The position numbers were made by a program, and so were the translations under genes. Positions 12,839-23,774 of a stretch of DNA of 32,961 nt are shown in pieces. The notes beneath the pieces were generated by a model that was not told the origin of the DNA, did not search any database, and was given only the letters and a program-made list of their open reading frames with translations. The first letter of the stretch is position 1. The number at the start of each line of letters is the position of its first letter. Source of the stretch: Kudoa neothunni (lineage: Eukaryota > Animalia > Cnidaria); assembly GCA_964304625.1 (NCBI GenBank), contig OZ199840.1:2932028-2964988 (forward strand), given 5' to 3'.

Positions 12839-14946
12839 TAGTGCTTCCCGCAATTATAAATAGGTCATGTAATTTTTGATTAAAATCGACGTTTATTTTC
12901 TTCGGGCTTGTGGGTTTTTACGAAATTTAAACATATGACGAGAAAAAGAAGACAATTGGTCAGTTTTTTGGACGAATGGTCGTTTATTGAAATAATTGAC
13001 GATGTTTTGGTGTGCAAATGCTGCAAAGTTAACCTGCCAACACAACAGAATATAATACAGGAGCATTCAGTTTTATAAAAATATAATTCTTTGATTAATT
13101 CGTCAAAACATACGTCTCCGTTATCTAATTCTTTTTAAAGATACCGAAATAATGATGAAATGGAAATAGATTCAGTTTCGACGGTAATTTATGGTGGACT
13201 CTTTAAATCCATTGCAAACCACACTCCCCTGCGTAACTATATTACAAAATACCGCCCTATCACGAGATCTTTACCTGATGGTAGACTACTATTTGACAAA
13301 ATTGTTGAAGCATTGACGCTTATATTGAGCAATATGCGGTTTTCATTAATGATTAACGAGACTCCGGATTTCAAAAATCGGTCATTGTTTCATACGTTAG
13401 TGTGCTTCTATGATCACTCGTTGGATAAAAAAGGTCTTTATGTCGGATCCCACGATTTTACGTGAATGCAACTCAGTGGTTATTTCCAACCATATTTCTC
13501 AAGTGATGACCAAATATAAAGTCGATTGGAACAATTGTTTGGCTATAATATCCGCTTCAGCGCCATATATGATAAAATATTACAAAAATATTTCAATATT
13601 ACATTCAAATATCATAAGATTTCCTTGTTGCTCCCATTTGATTCATCTTTCAATTCAAAAAATTACCTAAGATATACTTCCTCATGTATGATTTTTTTGT
13701 ATGAAATTTTCGGAACTTATTTCAAAAAACAGATGTGCTAGGAAGGTTTCTGTGTATCATCTAGCAAAACATGATATTGAATATTTAAAAGAAATACCCC
13801 GTGTAAATGATTACAGAGGGTATAATCTCTATGATGGTGTTAATGAAATATTGAATTATATTCCTGCTGTTAGTGACTCCTTGGTTGATAATGAAATTGA
13901 TCTAAACATTTCTTCGCTCAAAGAATTCTTTATTTATTTTAAAGTCATTGTCGAGAAATTGAATCCAATTAACAAATTTTCAAAGTTTATTGAATGTGCG
14001 AATGAACTGACTTTTTCAGGTGTATTCGAATGGATATCATCAACGTTCCGAATTGATAAAACTTCAATAATATTGTCTCAAGATCAAACCCTTTCTGAAT
14101 GGAATTTTAAGGATAGAGAGGCCATCACAATTAAGTCGAACGTGTTTATTGATAAATTAATATCGAATCTCAATGAGATAATATGTAAAAAAACGTACGG
14201 TTGTTTCCTATCTTCAACGTTCATGGAGACTGTCAAAAACCTTGATACAACCAAAAATATGAATTTCAAATCAATAAATATACATGATATTGCGAAATTC
14301 TTAATTTGAGAACATAGAAAATCAATAAAAGTTCAACTTCAATCATTATCCTCCTTAAATGAAATAGATGTGAATAGTGCTTCACACTTTTGGATCAACA
14401 AGAGAAGATTAACCTCAATATTATCAAAAATAGCTCTGGATATTTTATCAATTCCTGCTTTTTCAATCGCTATTGAAAAGAGCCTTTCAGAAACGAGGCA
14501 TTATTCACACAATATAGATCTTCACTCTCAAAGAAAAGTGCTCAATGGTCATACAGTTATATTACACTGGAGACATCAAATATTAATAACTGATATAATT
14601 ATTCATATTTTATTTAATTATATAATTATATTATTTTCTATCAGAGTTATTAATTTTCGTCATAATAAATTAATATTTTTGACAAATATCTAATAAAAGG
14701 TGACTTTTTATAATAAATATACATTCAAACAAATGGTTTACATCATTTACGTAATTATAAATGGTTTGATTTGATAATCAAATAATTTGTACGCTAGATG
14801 TGCGTACTTTTCAACGAACCTCAAAATGGTCGTAAAAATCCTTCCTATATGAAAAAGCATCGATTTCAATCGAAGATTTTTCTGAAAATTAACGTTGAAA
14901 ATTACACGCTCTAATATAAATTATCCAAAACTGCCGGGAAGCATTG
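12839..14946 (+). mobile_element. Degenerate hAT transposon (about 2.1 kb) with transposase pseudogene (about 12935-14560)
   Basis: Imperfect TIRs TAGTGCTTCCCG / CGGGAAGCATTG. Flanks TTCAGGTT / TTCATGTA (6/8 TSD). Zinc-finger-like LVCKCC...QEH, FSLMINETPD (first catalytic strand), CCSH (CxxH) and C-terminal dimerisation motif FW...LSKIALDILSIPAFSIAIEKSLS, in shifted frames. Confidence 0.82.
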
Positions 14947-15440
14947 TTCATGTATGGATACTCTGCCACTTCAAGTGTATGTAAACTCAAACCCAATTAC
15001 GCAATTTTGTATATCGTGACTTTTCAAACGGTATGATCTATTTTAATTAGAAACTATAAGTATATAAATAAGCCATTCTACGTATCAACGTGCGAACCTC
15101 TGGATTATGATTATTTATCTTTTTTTAAGAATCGCAAGGTATTTTTAACAATATTATTATGTGAATAATATATATACATATAATGGGGTAATTTAAATAA
15201 TTATTGTTTATAGAAATCGCGGTTATATATTGAAATAACACTTAGGTACCTTTGAACTGGAGTTGTTGGGACATACCCTGTTTTTTAGTACTGTCCGTAA
15301 ATGGTCAAACAGTTGCAATTGAAATTTTTACGGTATCATAAGAGCTTTAAAAGTTCTTGAAAAAAATATAAATCATTTTTCATTATTAATAACATTAAAA
15401 AATGAATAAAAATATCAGATTAAAAGTTTAAATTCATCAT

Positions 15441-17423
15441 TTAAAGTGCATCATTATTTGTAGACCGCAGAAATCGGCAAATCTGCATAAATATGACAAA
15501 TATAAATAAATAATAAATATTATAGAGTATATAATATCTGTTATTCGTTTTAAAGATTAACCATAATTTTATGTGATGATTTACTCACTCTATAATTTCT
15601 GAAGTGATGCACATTGCGAAGGAAAACACCAAAGATAACCATTGCCAGTAACGAGCCTATCACACAGGGTATAACAATTTTCGGAAACCGCAGATTATGG
15701 TTCTGATGTTTTTTGCCTCTTTCTCCATCGTTATCATCGACGCTAGACTGGCTTGGTACGCTACTATTACAATCACGAGCGTTTGTTTCAGACGTACTCA
15801 TTGTATTTACATTAGCGGTGGTAGCGTTAGTTAAGTGGGTCCAAGGAAAAATGGTTGTTTCATTTGAAATGTTCGGTAATTCAATTTTCCATTTGGATAA
15901 TAATGTCTCTTCATTTTGAACTAATTTCAAAATGATTTCTCCCACATCTTGAGAAAATTTATTGATTTCGTCACGGACAGCGCCAAGTTTTATTTGTAAA
16001 TTAGGCAGTTGACTTTCTATGATGTCAATATTTGATAAATAAATTTGAAGTTGGTTAGATTTTTTGCCCACAAATTCGTATCGGTACCCCATTCTTGAGA
16101 ATCTACGAATAAGTGACCGATAAATATCAACCGTTGAACCGAAATTTCCGCGAGCAATCTCAATCAATGCTCCAATTATATTAACAATATGCTCTAAGCT
16201 CATTTTAGTGGACCAGTCTTTAGCAGTTAAACCATTTAACAATGATTGAATTGGTTCCTTAGAATTGTCCAGTTCCGTCAGCGTTTGTGTTATATTTTGG
16301 TATATTTGATGTTCATTAGAAGATCTCTCAAGGTATGGTTTCAAATTATCGATAAAGTGATCGATTTCTTTAATAACTTTGGTGGAAAGACACGAGGTAT
16401 ACTTTGGAAGATTTTGAGTCAAATCTTTCCATTGTTTTCTCTTTTGTTCGAGTTGTAGCAATAGCAGATGAATATTTCCATGCTTGTTGTTCTCCTTTTC
16501 CAATTCCTCAATATACTCTGGGAATTTTGAATTGTAAGATCCAGATTTATCGATGTCACCGTGAAGCTTTTTTAGCTTAATGTGGCATTTTACAAAGTTT
16601 AATCCTTCCGATGACATTAATGTTTTTAGTTGGTCATATTTTGACATTGTTATGGAAACAGTGGAATCCAGACGTGGAACGGGTTTTTTCTCATCGCAAG
16701 CCTTTTTAAGCATCGAAAAATCGTTCAAGAATAATTTCCAGGTTTGTTGGATTTTATCTGTCAAGTTATACGAACTTTCGATCTTGTCATAATCTTCTTT
16801 GCTACTGCTGCCTTCTCCATTACAGATTCGTTCAGAAAATTCAACCAAGGCTCGGAATTTTTGTAAACTTTTTTTATAGTAATCGATATTATTTTGTAGC
16901 TTGGTAATCCATTTTAAATGTCCTGATAGTGACATAAGCGCTCCGTCAAATTGGTTTATAGAAAACCAGGAGTTTCGTGTTTCCTTTATGTTTGTGACCG
17001 AATTTTTTATGTATTCTCCTAAAATTTTATCAACTCCATTTAGAGTATAAATGATTTCCTTGTAGTCAAATAGAAATTGATATGACTCAACAATTGTGCT
17101 AAAATACTCGTCTGTGACTTTGTATTTCCTTCTTGTTGAGCGTGCAGTAGCTATATCATTGGATATGCTACTTGCATCACATGTTTCAAATTTTTCAGGG
17201 TTAGATGCATCGTAATTTTCCCAGTTGTATTTGTTGAATGGGGCGTTTATATTTTCTACGCATTTGATTCGATGTAAATTCTTTAATTTTTCCGTTTGGT
17301 CCTCATCGTCTAATTTTACTGGAATCAAATATCTGGATCCTATATCTATAAATGATAGAATAATATGTATCTGTTGGAAACAATTTTACTGATAAAATAT
17401 AGAAGTAATAAATATCGTTGCAT
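15441..17423 (-). CDS. Uncharacterised type I membrane protein with a large helical/coiled-coil ectodomain (about 609-619 aa)
   Basis: The 592-aa ORF is extended by exon 17390-17423 (intron 17346-17389), giving signal-peptide-like MQRYLLLLYFINIGS. S/T-rich stalk, then TM IVIPCVIGSLLAMVIFGVFL followed by basic residues. Ends at 15550 (VNL*) or, via intron 15483-15561, at 15441 (ICRFLRSTNNDAL*). No recognisable family. Confidence 0.8.
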
Positions 17424-20225
17424 CCACTTCCACAATCACTATTGTATGATTTTTAAATTCTAAATCTGATTAGTTCAATCAGTTTTAACTTTGCATTAAA
17501 ATATAATATGGTCAATACATAAACATATTTTAAAATTACTCCAGTTGCATTTTTAATGATCAATAAAGCGAATATATCTTTTTATTGCAGGTTTTCATTT
17601 TTTCGGTATAAGTTTTTAATATAAATTATTTTTAACTTTCAAAGTTATTAGAATATTTTGTTATTTCCAATTTTTTATTGACTTTAAACTGTTTTGAAAA
17701 CAAAACAACCTCATGATTTTGTTTCTTTTTTTAATAAAATTTATAGTGATTGTTCTGCTATGATAAACCAACATATTTTCGATTCTTTCTTATTTAACTA
17801 CTTTATTAATTATTTATTGAACATCAGCCTTATTTTATATACGTGAAAACTATTTTGCAAATAAACAACAGGTATATTAATGAATAACTTTATTTAGGGG
17901 GTTTAGCATTAGGATTAGTTATATAATTAGTATCATCGTGTTTTAGACTATATACTGATTTATGTGTAAAGTTACAGCATTTAAATAGTGATATAATAAT
18001 TGAAGAGCTCATTAAATAATCTCTCCTAAGGTATTGTCTTTATATATATTTCGCTACATTGTTATTAATAAACTAATAAACAAGGATTTTTAGTTGTTAA
18101 TCTGCTTATTTTATTTACAAAAAGTTATGTGGATATTATCTGTATTACGCTAGTAAACTATGAGATTAAAATAATTTTATTTATCAATTTATTTGACATT
18201 TTTGTTTCGATATAACATGAGTTTTCATTATGTTTCTATTTTATAAAATAATCATGTATTATTAGCATCACATATTAATCGTTTCGGATGTGTGTGATTG
18301 AATGGTTCAGGTTTACTTATTTTGGAAAAAGCTTTTCTCATATTAAAGATGATTAAAAAATACGGTCAGGGTTGAAGAAAAATTTTATTCCTTTGAATAA
18401 TCTTATTTAAAAGTTTATCTTTACGTTATTGTATAAAACTGATTTTTTATAGATGAAAAATATATTGCATCTTCAGTATATCAAGAATAAACATCATAAA
18501 TAAAATCCTAAAATATAAAAATAATCATTTTGACTTTAAAATATTGTTAAAAATTAACCCAAGGATAAATATATTAACTAAACACAGTGAGTTCTCGATA
18601 TTTCATAACTTTTCTTTGGTCCTAAAAAGTCATGCAGTTAGAAACACTTACGCATTTATTAGGCTCACATGCGCGAAATATAGCTAGTTTATTGTTGAAT
18701 TATTCTACTCTAAGGTATTTTTTAATCGAATATTTTTTAAAGCTCATTAAAAGAATATAAGGGAAGCAATTCTGCAGTGAATTTGCTTTAGAAGCACACT
18801 CATAATTAAATTAATGCCATTATTTGATTCTCAAGTTGAACACGTTTCCTCAAACGCCTAAAAATTGTTATCTTCATCATTTTCTCAGACCTCCTAAAAT
18901 TTATAAGGAATGTTATTTATCAATTTTTCATTTTCAATCTTGGTTTCCACTATTATATTTAAGTTCTCAATTTAGTTATCTTATGAAATGATTTAAAAGA
19001 ATAATGCATCCAAATTATGTTCATTCGTAAAAATGAAGGCAAGTTCAAAAAATTAATCCCCTATTTGAGTATTTACGTCGAAAAGTCATAACTCTGGATT
19101 AAATTTTATAAGGTTTAAATGTCATTATTTTTACGCCACATTTATTGATTTTAAGGGATTGAATTTATGCTAAAATATTTGATTCTATATATCGTTGAAT
19201 AAATATTTCTTTAACACACAGTAATATTCTATGCCAAGAACTTCACATAATTCTATGATAAATGAGTTATACTAAACTTAGGGGAGTTTTTGAACCGTCT
19301 CTGGATGTGAAGATCATCTATATATATGAGGTAAAAATCATTTTATTTTGTTTGGAAAAATTCAGATATAAATCCTTCAATTTTTTCCGTTGGATGAGGT
19401 TTTTTGATTCGATTGTGAATGGTATTTCATACATAAATAATTTATTTCCTTTAAAATTTTGGATTTTATAATTTAATCTATGGTAAATAGAGTAACTTTC
19501 CCTCTCAAGGAACCAATCCCTAGTGTGGTTTCACCTTTTTCATAATGCATACATCATTTTAAAATTTGATTCCTAATGATTTTTAAACAAATTTTGTGCA
19601 TCACTTTTATTTAAATAGAGCCTTAAATCCAATGTTAGTACAATTTAGTTTTTATATTTGTAAATTATAACTGAAAAACTAAATGCCAATTCATAAACAT
19701 CATAATTATGGTATTCCTCACACATATACATTATTTACTGCTCTTACACTAAAAATGACTTTCACATTCGAACAAAAAATTTTGCGTCAGTTGGGATCAA
19801 TAATACCATTATCGATACTCTGGAGTTTAAAATTTTAATAATTAAGAAGTTGAAAAATATTTTCATTTTATCCCTAATCGCAGTCATGTTGTATGGTGGT
19901 AGTTTTATAATCGCTTTAACTTACATTAGTTAAATTCTTCTTTAGTTCGAGAACTATTTAAACTTAATAATTAATTATTAAATCATGGATCTAATTTTTA
20001 TTGTTAAGTTATTGGAATTACAATATGCACCATTCATTTTAACTGTTAAGACTATTCGATGTTATAGTCTGTTGCCTTCTTGCATCTAGTTCCACAGTAC
20101 AAAATATCACGAAATAATACACCAACAGTAATAGGTTATCTAATTAAGGTTCGTTTTTGCGCCAGATTCAACCGCCTCTTAATTCCTCATGAGAGATTAG
20201 CGGCACCCCCCCATTGATTATCACA

Positions 20226-20312
20226 CAGTCGTGTCTCGGTATTGCGTAGAAAATTTGGACCGCTAACCTATTACACAATACAAAATTTTCACGCAATATC
20301 GAGGCACGACTA
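20226..20312. mobile_element. 87-bp pogo/Tigger-like (Tc1/mariner superfamily) MITE, almost entirely TIR
   Basis: CAGTCGTGTCTCGGTATTGCGTAGAAAATTT ... AAATTTTCACGCAATATCGAGGCACGACTA form about 30-bp arms. TA follows the right end and CA precedes the left (mutated TA TSD). Confidence 0.75.
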
Positions 20313-20635
20313 TATATCTTTTTAACATTAACTCTATGTTATTGATTCATCAAACCGTAACATTCAAATTTTCCAACCAACAGCTCGTTAGGATTTAGTT
20401 ATACAGAGCTTTAGGAAACTAAGATTCAAGGATTATGAGATTGAAATCCAGAAATTGGTTGCGCAATAGCGAAACCAATCAAAATTCCTCATTTTTTAAT
20501 AATTCAAATTTAATTTAAATATATGACGTGGATTTCGTTGGATAATTAATAACAAATGGCGCATTTAAATAAATATACTTATATTGAATAATACACAGAA
20601 GATAAACGTTAAATTAATCAATATCGAAGTCTTAA

Positions 20636-21893
20636 CCCTCGAAGGATGGTGACCCAAACAATTACGTGTGTTCCCAAGGGGGTCGGTTTGCGACCCTAGT
20701 GGTTTTCTACTATAATGATTGACTATGATTCTACCATTTGGTAGAGAGACTAATTAATCTTTTGACTATTAAAATATATGCTTAAAATAACCAGGCGAAA
20801 AAGAATTTGTTAACAATATCGTAACCATTTCAGGAGACATTACCAATTAGACCTATTCAAACGAAACTTAAATGGTAACTTTAACAGATTTAACTATTTT
20901 GGTTTAGTTTTTAATTAAATTGACTAAAATGGAAGCTTTTACGCCACTTTTAACACCAATATTAGGCTGATATGATAGACCATGGCAGTAACGGATGTTT
21001 ATCTCCAGTGACTTTCGGTAATTTAATATTCATTTATAAATTAAAATATGTTTACAACACATCTTGAGAAATAAAGAATAACGTTAATTCTAAATAAGTA
21101 AGGATGAATTTATTTGAATTATGAGAGAAAATATTTTTTATCAGAATATGAATATGATTCAAAGCTTATGTCTTTTAGCATGGTTTTAATCGTTCCACTA
21201 GTTCTAAGGGAACATTCCAGCTTAATTTCACTAAATATTAAAAAAAAATTTTTTAACATAAATGGAACTGTTTAATTTTATGGAAATGGGTGAATTGTTG
21301 AAATTTGGCCATATCATGACACAAAAATAATGCGACTAAGTTTTAATCGATTAATTATTAAACTAAACAATTAAATTCAAGAAAAATAATGTCACCCTTC
21401 AATTTACTATAATTTAAATTTAATTTACTGAAAAAATAAACATTATGAAATATTTAAAAAGCACATCAAGCGCCTATTTCGGATTTCAACGCGCAATAAC
21501 CAGGGCGACAATATTAGAGGGGTCAATCTCTTTAACCCTATTCCATTTTCGGAACCTTATATTAAATAACAAGAATGGTTAAAAATTACAATATTCCTCA
21601 ATTTAGTCGTGACAATATATATTGAGATTATCATTATTCTTATCACGTAAATTAATACACTTTACACAACCATATAAAATATTTTTAAATTACGTGTATC
21701 AATGCTACGTAACATCAACCGCAATTATTGAACCGTTAAATCCTATAATTAATCTGGAATTTTGTATTTATAAACAATACACAATAATCTAAGAATACAC
21801 GAACTCAAAAATTAAAATAAAATGTTTAAGTAGGGAAAAATAAACATTAACCAAAAGTGGGGTCACGAATGACCTCGTATGATCCCAGGAGTG
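20636..21893. mobile_element. Possible degenerate piggyBac-like non-autonomous element
   Basis: TTAA on both sides (20632-20635, 21894-21897). Ends CCCTCGAAGGAT versus reverse complement CACTCCTGGGAT (8/12). Subterminal GGGGTC...GACC motifs near both ends. Confidence 0.35.
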
Positions 21894-21920
21894 TTAATGT
21901 AAATATGAATATACAGTATA

Positions 21921-22732
21921 CAGTCGGTGGCTGGTTCTACTAATTTTTTAAAAAGAAGCGCAATTTGAATAATCAAATTCACTATCAATATAGAATATTT
22001 TTTACATGTTTTTATTAAAGAATTTAGATCTAAATAATATAGTACGGTTGAGAATTTTCCGACTTCTTGATCACGTGACTACCCAGTTTTACCCATTAAA
22101 AAAATAGATGAATTTTAATGTTCGAAAGAATTAAGTGAAATGAAAAAAATCAAAACATGAATTAATAAAATATGTCCACAATATCTCCCCGAAAGCTGTC
22201 AAATTTGTTACTATAAAGCATCAGATATATCCTTCATATCCAACCCCTTTGGCACCTTAAAAACCCAAATAAAATTGTTTAAATTACTGAATACAAATCG
22301 ATTAATGTTTTCAGTTGCGAATTTATTAAAATGAGTTTAAAAAATTATCCAATTTTGACAAAAAAGGAACAATCGATCGATCATGATCGCATTGGTGAAA
22401 GCTGTATTCCAAAATATTTTGACGAATTTTTTGTGATCAAAATAACTAATTATTTGTCCCTTAAATGTATGCAATTCAATTATATTAAATAATTAAGAAT
22501 ATTATTATATGCGCGTGCTAATAAGTGCTTAAAACCAGACGTTGCCAATTCCACACACATTTTTCCGCGATGCCGAAGGGATTACTCAAACCCGGGTAAC
22601 GAGTGTGCCTTCATTAAAAATTTATTAAACTTCATTACAAAAACTTGCGCATTTCAATTATGTTATTTAATAAATAATCGAATAATTTCCTGTAATTCGC
22701 GCGCAAAAGATGCGTAAACCAATCACTGGCTG
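21921..22732. mobile_element. Possible Tc1/mariner-type MITE relic
   Basis: TA|CAGTCGGTGGCTGGTT ... AACCAATCACTGGCTG|TA; 12/16 TIR identity and a TA TSD. Confidence 0.45.
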
Positions 22733-23195
22733 TATACAGATATTTATCCACTTAAACTCCAAAATTTTTTTGATATACAAAAATTTAAGAGAAAGTGGAA
22801 ATAATATACAAGCTAAATTTAATGTTTAACATACATTTTTTTGTTAATTATTGTAGTCTTATGAGATTACGCGTGCTTCCGAGTTGGTTCGAATTTAGAA
22901 TGGGAAAATATTTTAAAAATAACTATGTTTAAATCTCAACCTTCCTATCACTCTGATCTGATTTTTGAAGATAATCGTAGGGAAGTTTGCATAAAAAATC
23001 ACATCCAAAATGGTGATTTTTAGGTTCCTACACTACTCTCCAATCACAATTTTAGATAAAAATTCAGAATCCATGTGAAAATTGGATTTTATTATAGCAC
23101 AGAACGTATTATTTATCAAATCACCTAGTTCAGTCAATATTTATTCATTACGAGTTAAATCCTTGCACGCTTTCAAATATCGCGTGATAGACGAG

Positions 23196-23203
23196 TATAT
23201 AAA
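23196..23203 (+). promoter_or_regulatory. Candidate TATA box for the snoRNA cluster
   Basis: TATATAAA in locally GC-rich sequence, about 30 nt upstream of the first snoRNA terminal stem (23230). Confidence 0.45.
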
Positions 23204-23229
23204 CCGGCGTCGGCCGACTTTTGTCGTTA

Positions 23230-23297
23230 AAATCCATGATGTAACATCTTTCGGGACTAAGTGTTGTTTGTGCTGATAAATTTCACTGATTGGATTT
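23230..23297 (+). ncRNA. SNORD2: Box C/D snoRNA, SNORD2/snR39B-like (LSU rRNA Gm, yeast G805 equivalent)
   Basis: Terminal stem AAATCC/GGATTT; box C ATGATGT 23236-23242; guide CATCTTTCGGG 23245-23255, complementary to conserved LSU CCCGAAAGAUG; D' CTAA 23257-23260; C' GTGCTGA 23270-23276; box D CTGA 23286-23289. The +5 rule targets the G of CCCG. Confidence 0.85.
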
Positions 23298-23303
23298 ATA
23301 TTT

Positions 23304-23370
23304 TTGTTTTTATGATGATTTACACCGCCCCAGTCTTATGTAAAATGATGAACGGTTGATCTGAAAACAA
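23304..23370 (+). ncRNA. SNORD31: Box C/D snoRNA, SNORD31/snR67-like (LSU P-loop Gm, yeast G2619 / E. coli G2251 equivalent)
   Basis: Stem TTGTTT/AAACAA; box C ATGATGA 23312-23318; guide ACCGCCCCAGT 23324-23334, complementary to ACUGGGGCGGU; D' CTTA; C' ATGATGA 23345-23351; box D CTGA 23361-23364. Confidence 0.87.
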
Positions 23371-23423
23371 TGAAACCATTAGTTAAAAATTAATAAAAAC
23401 CCATTGTTTGTGAGCTTCTGGTT

Positions 23424-23516
23424 GCGTTGGCAATGATGATAGCTCAGATATGATTTCACACAGGGGGTTGTTTATAGCCCTCCATAACGTGATTCAGATT
23501 ATGAGAGCTGAGCCGC
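23424..23516 (+). ncRNA. SNORD97: Box C/D snoRNA, SNORD97-like guide for Cm34 of elongator tRNA-Met(CAU)
   Basis: Stem GGC/GCC; box C ATGATGA 23433-23439; internal hairpin at about 23462-23483; 14-nt guide TTCAGATTATGAGA 23493-23506, the reverse complement of TCTCATAATCTGAA (anticodon arm of eukaryotic elongator tRNA-Met); box D CTGA 23508-23511. The +5 nucleotide pairs with C34. Confidence 0.83.
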
Positions 23517-23774
23517 TTTTATTCTGCCTTAACTTGGACATTTCTTGCTCATATGAATGTTAGAGTTGTGTGTTTTTTAAGGCGGCTAGGCCCCAAAATC
23601 TTACTGGTTCGATGCGGGATGACATATGACATGTGAGGGAACGAATGAGCCTGTGACTTCGACTGTATTTCGAGTATTTGGCTCATTCTCATTTTTTGTG
23701 AAAGCCCCATTGAGAATAGTTTTCAATTTTGTTAATCACCTAAATATTAACAACAGCATGGTACAAATAAACTG

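Noticed and set aside
22875-22900. GGTTCGAAT B-box-like motif (tRNA or SINE)
   Set aside because: No cloverleaf or convincing A box.
22938-23035. Two hairpins plus ACA suggesting an H/ACA snoRNA
   Set aside because: Pocket geometry and pocket-to-box distances are not canonical, no target was identified, and AT-rich pairing can arise by chance.
23082-23276. 64-aa ORF
   Set aside because: It has a non-ATG start and overlaps the candidate TATA box and the SNORD2-like RNA.
23400-23560. Minus-strand frame with an in-frame TGA (…ALII*ITLW…), suggesting selenocysteine or readthrough
   Set aside because: It is the antisense of the SNORD97-like guide. A further TAA interrupts the frame and there is no recognisable protein or SECIS.
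23524-23710. Resemblance to U3 (ACTTGGACATTTCT, GGATGA), U1 (ATCTTACTGG), U12 (TGCCTTAAC) or RNase MRP (GAAAGCCCC)
   Set aside because: Each lacks its other required motifs: U3 boxes C and D, U1 loop I/II, the U12 branch-pairing sequence and the MRP P4 partner.
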